A DNA stretch of 64,000 bases from Gemmatimonadota bacterium (GTDB lineage: Bacteria; Gemmatimonadota; Gemmatimonadetes; Palauibacterales; KS3-K002), in the NCBI GenBank assembly GCA_039586795.1, contig JBDHJS010000027.1, positions 1 through 64,000 on the forward strand, written 5' to 3'. Of the stretch, positions 63,402 to 64,000 are shown piece by piece. The position numbers were made by a program, and so were the translations under genes. Numbering within the stretch: the first letter of the stretch is position 1; every line of letters begins with the position of its first letter. Below the pieces are notes generated by a model. It saw only the letters and a list, made by a program, of their open reading frames with translations. It did not search any database and was not told the DNA's origin.

Positions 63402-64000
63402 ATGAAGTATGGGGAGCCTGTCACGCAGAAGTTAATAGCGAGTCTTGTTATTGTGTTTGTCGCTGGCGCTACCGTCTCCGGCTGCGGCAACGACATCAGC
63501 GAAAGCGATAGCAACGACGAAGAGTGCTGCCCTTGGTGCACAGGCCCCGATGGCGGCGTCATAGAGATCGACAATCCGGACAGTTTCGCCTTCGGCGCCA
63601 AGATCGAGGTTCCGCCCGGTGCGTGGGATCACTGCAGGGCGTTGCAGGTTGAAGACATTTACTCTTACACGCCTCCGTTCCCAGCTGGCTTCTATGCGTA
63701 TCGCGGATACCGAACGAGTTTCGATGTGTTCGCCGGCGGTGACGTTCCCGACTCGCTGTACATGGAGATAACGTTCCCCATCGCCGATGTAACTCCGTTG
63801 GACTCCACCGAGATCGCCGCCGCTTTCTACTACGACGAAGTTGCGGAGACCTGGCGTATCGTCCTGCCGGACGAGATCGACGACCAGGAGATGCTGGTCA
63901 AGTCGCATCTCTACCGGAAGAAGTGGTCGTGGGGGTTCGTCTCGATCCTCGAGGCGGACTTCCAAGAGTCGCTTGCGCCTCTGCTGGAGGACCTGCACGG
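63402..64000 (+). CDS. 3'-truncated lipoprotein with ZU5-like motif
   Basis: MKYGEPVTQKLIASLVIVFVAGATVSG-C lipobox; GPDGGVIE...GAKIEVPPGA; open to the window end, so absent from the ORF track. Confidence 0.75.
   Translation, partial: MKYGEPVTQKLIASLVIVFVAGATVSGCGNDISESDSNDEECCPWCTGPDGGVIEIDNPDSFAFGAKIEVPPGAWDHCRALQVEDIYSYTPPFPAGFYAYRGYRTSFDVFAGGDVPDSLYMEITFPIADVTPLDSTEIAAAFYYDEVAETWRIVLPDEIDDQEMLVKSHLYRKKWSWGFVSILEADFQESLAPLLEDLH

Noticed and set aside
1..64000. tRNA, rRNA, integrase, transposase or prophage genes
   Set aside because: None was recognised on either strand by inspection; a covariance search would be needed to exclude divergent RNAs.

Overview
GC-rich bacterial chromosomal window. 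The gene repertoire suggests Gemmatimonadota or a relative (inference): TolB-like/TPR membrane receptors, Ser/Thr kinases, ADOP-type duplicated permeases with PadR, PD40-amidohydrolases, TIGR03545/03546 and TonB-ExbB-ExbD-ExbD. About 45 CDS, mostly envelope, transport, signalling and secreted-hydrolase genes. I found no rRNA, tRNA, CRISPR array, integrase or transposase. The best unexplained signal is a repeated 5' leader cassette in three intergenic regions (5700-5982 +, 9351-9535 +, 23149-23417 -). Each has a TTGCNN-N17-CANNNT promoter, then a conserved hairpin whose 3' arm carries a Shine-Dalgarno-like sequence, then a GTG. In two copies the GTG opens an unannotated uORF with RAPPP at codons 37-41 in both, conserved through synonymous codon changes, followed by a near-identical start region of unrelated downstream genes. 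This looks like a ribosome-arrest leader-peptide regulatory system. Other oddities: an ABC ATPase lacking its signature motif, a 33-bp in-frame tandem duplication, an unannotated 58-aa basic protein, a decayed receiver-domain remnant, REP-like repeats and several operator palindromes.
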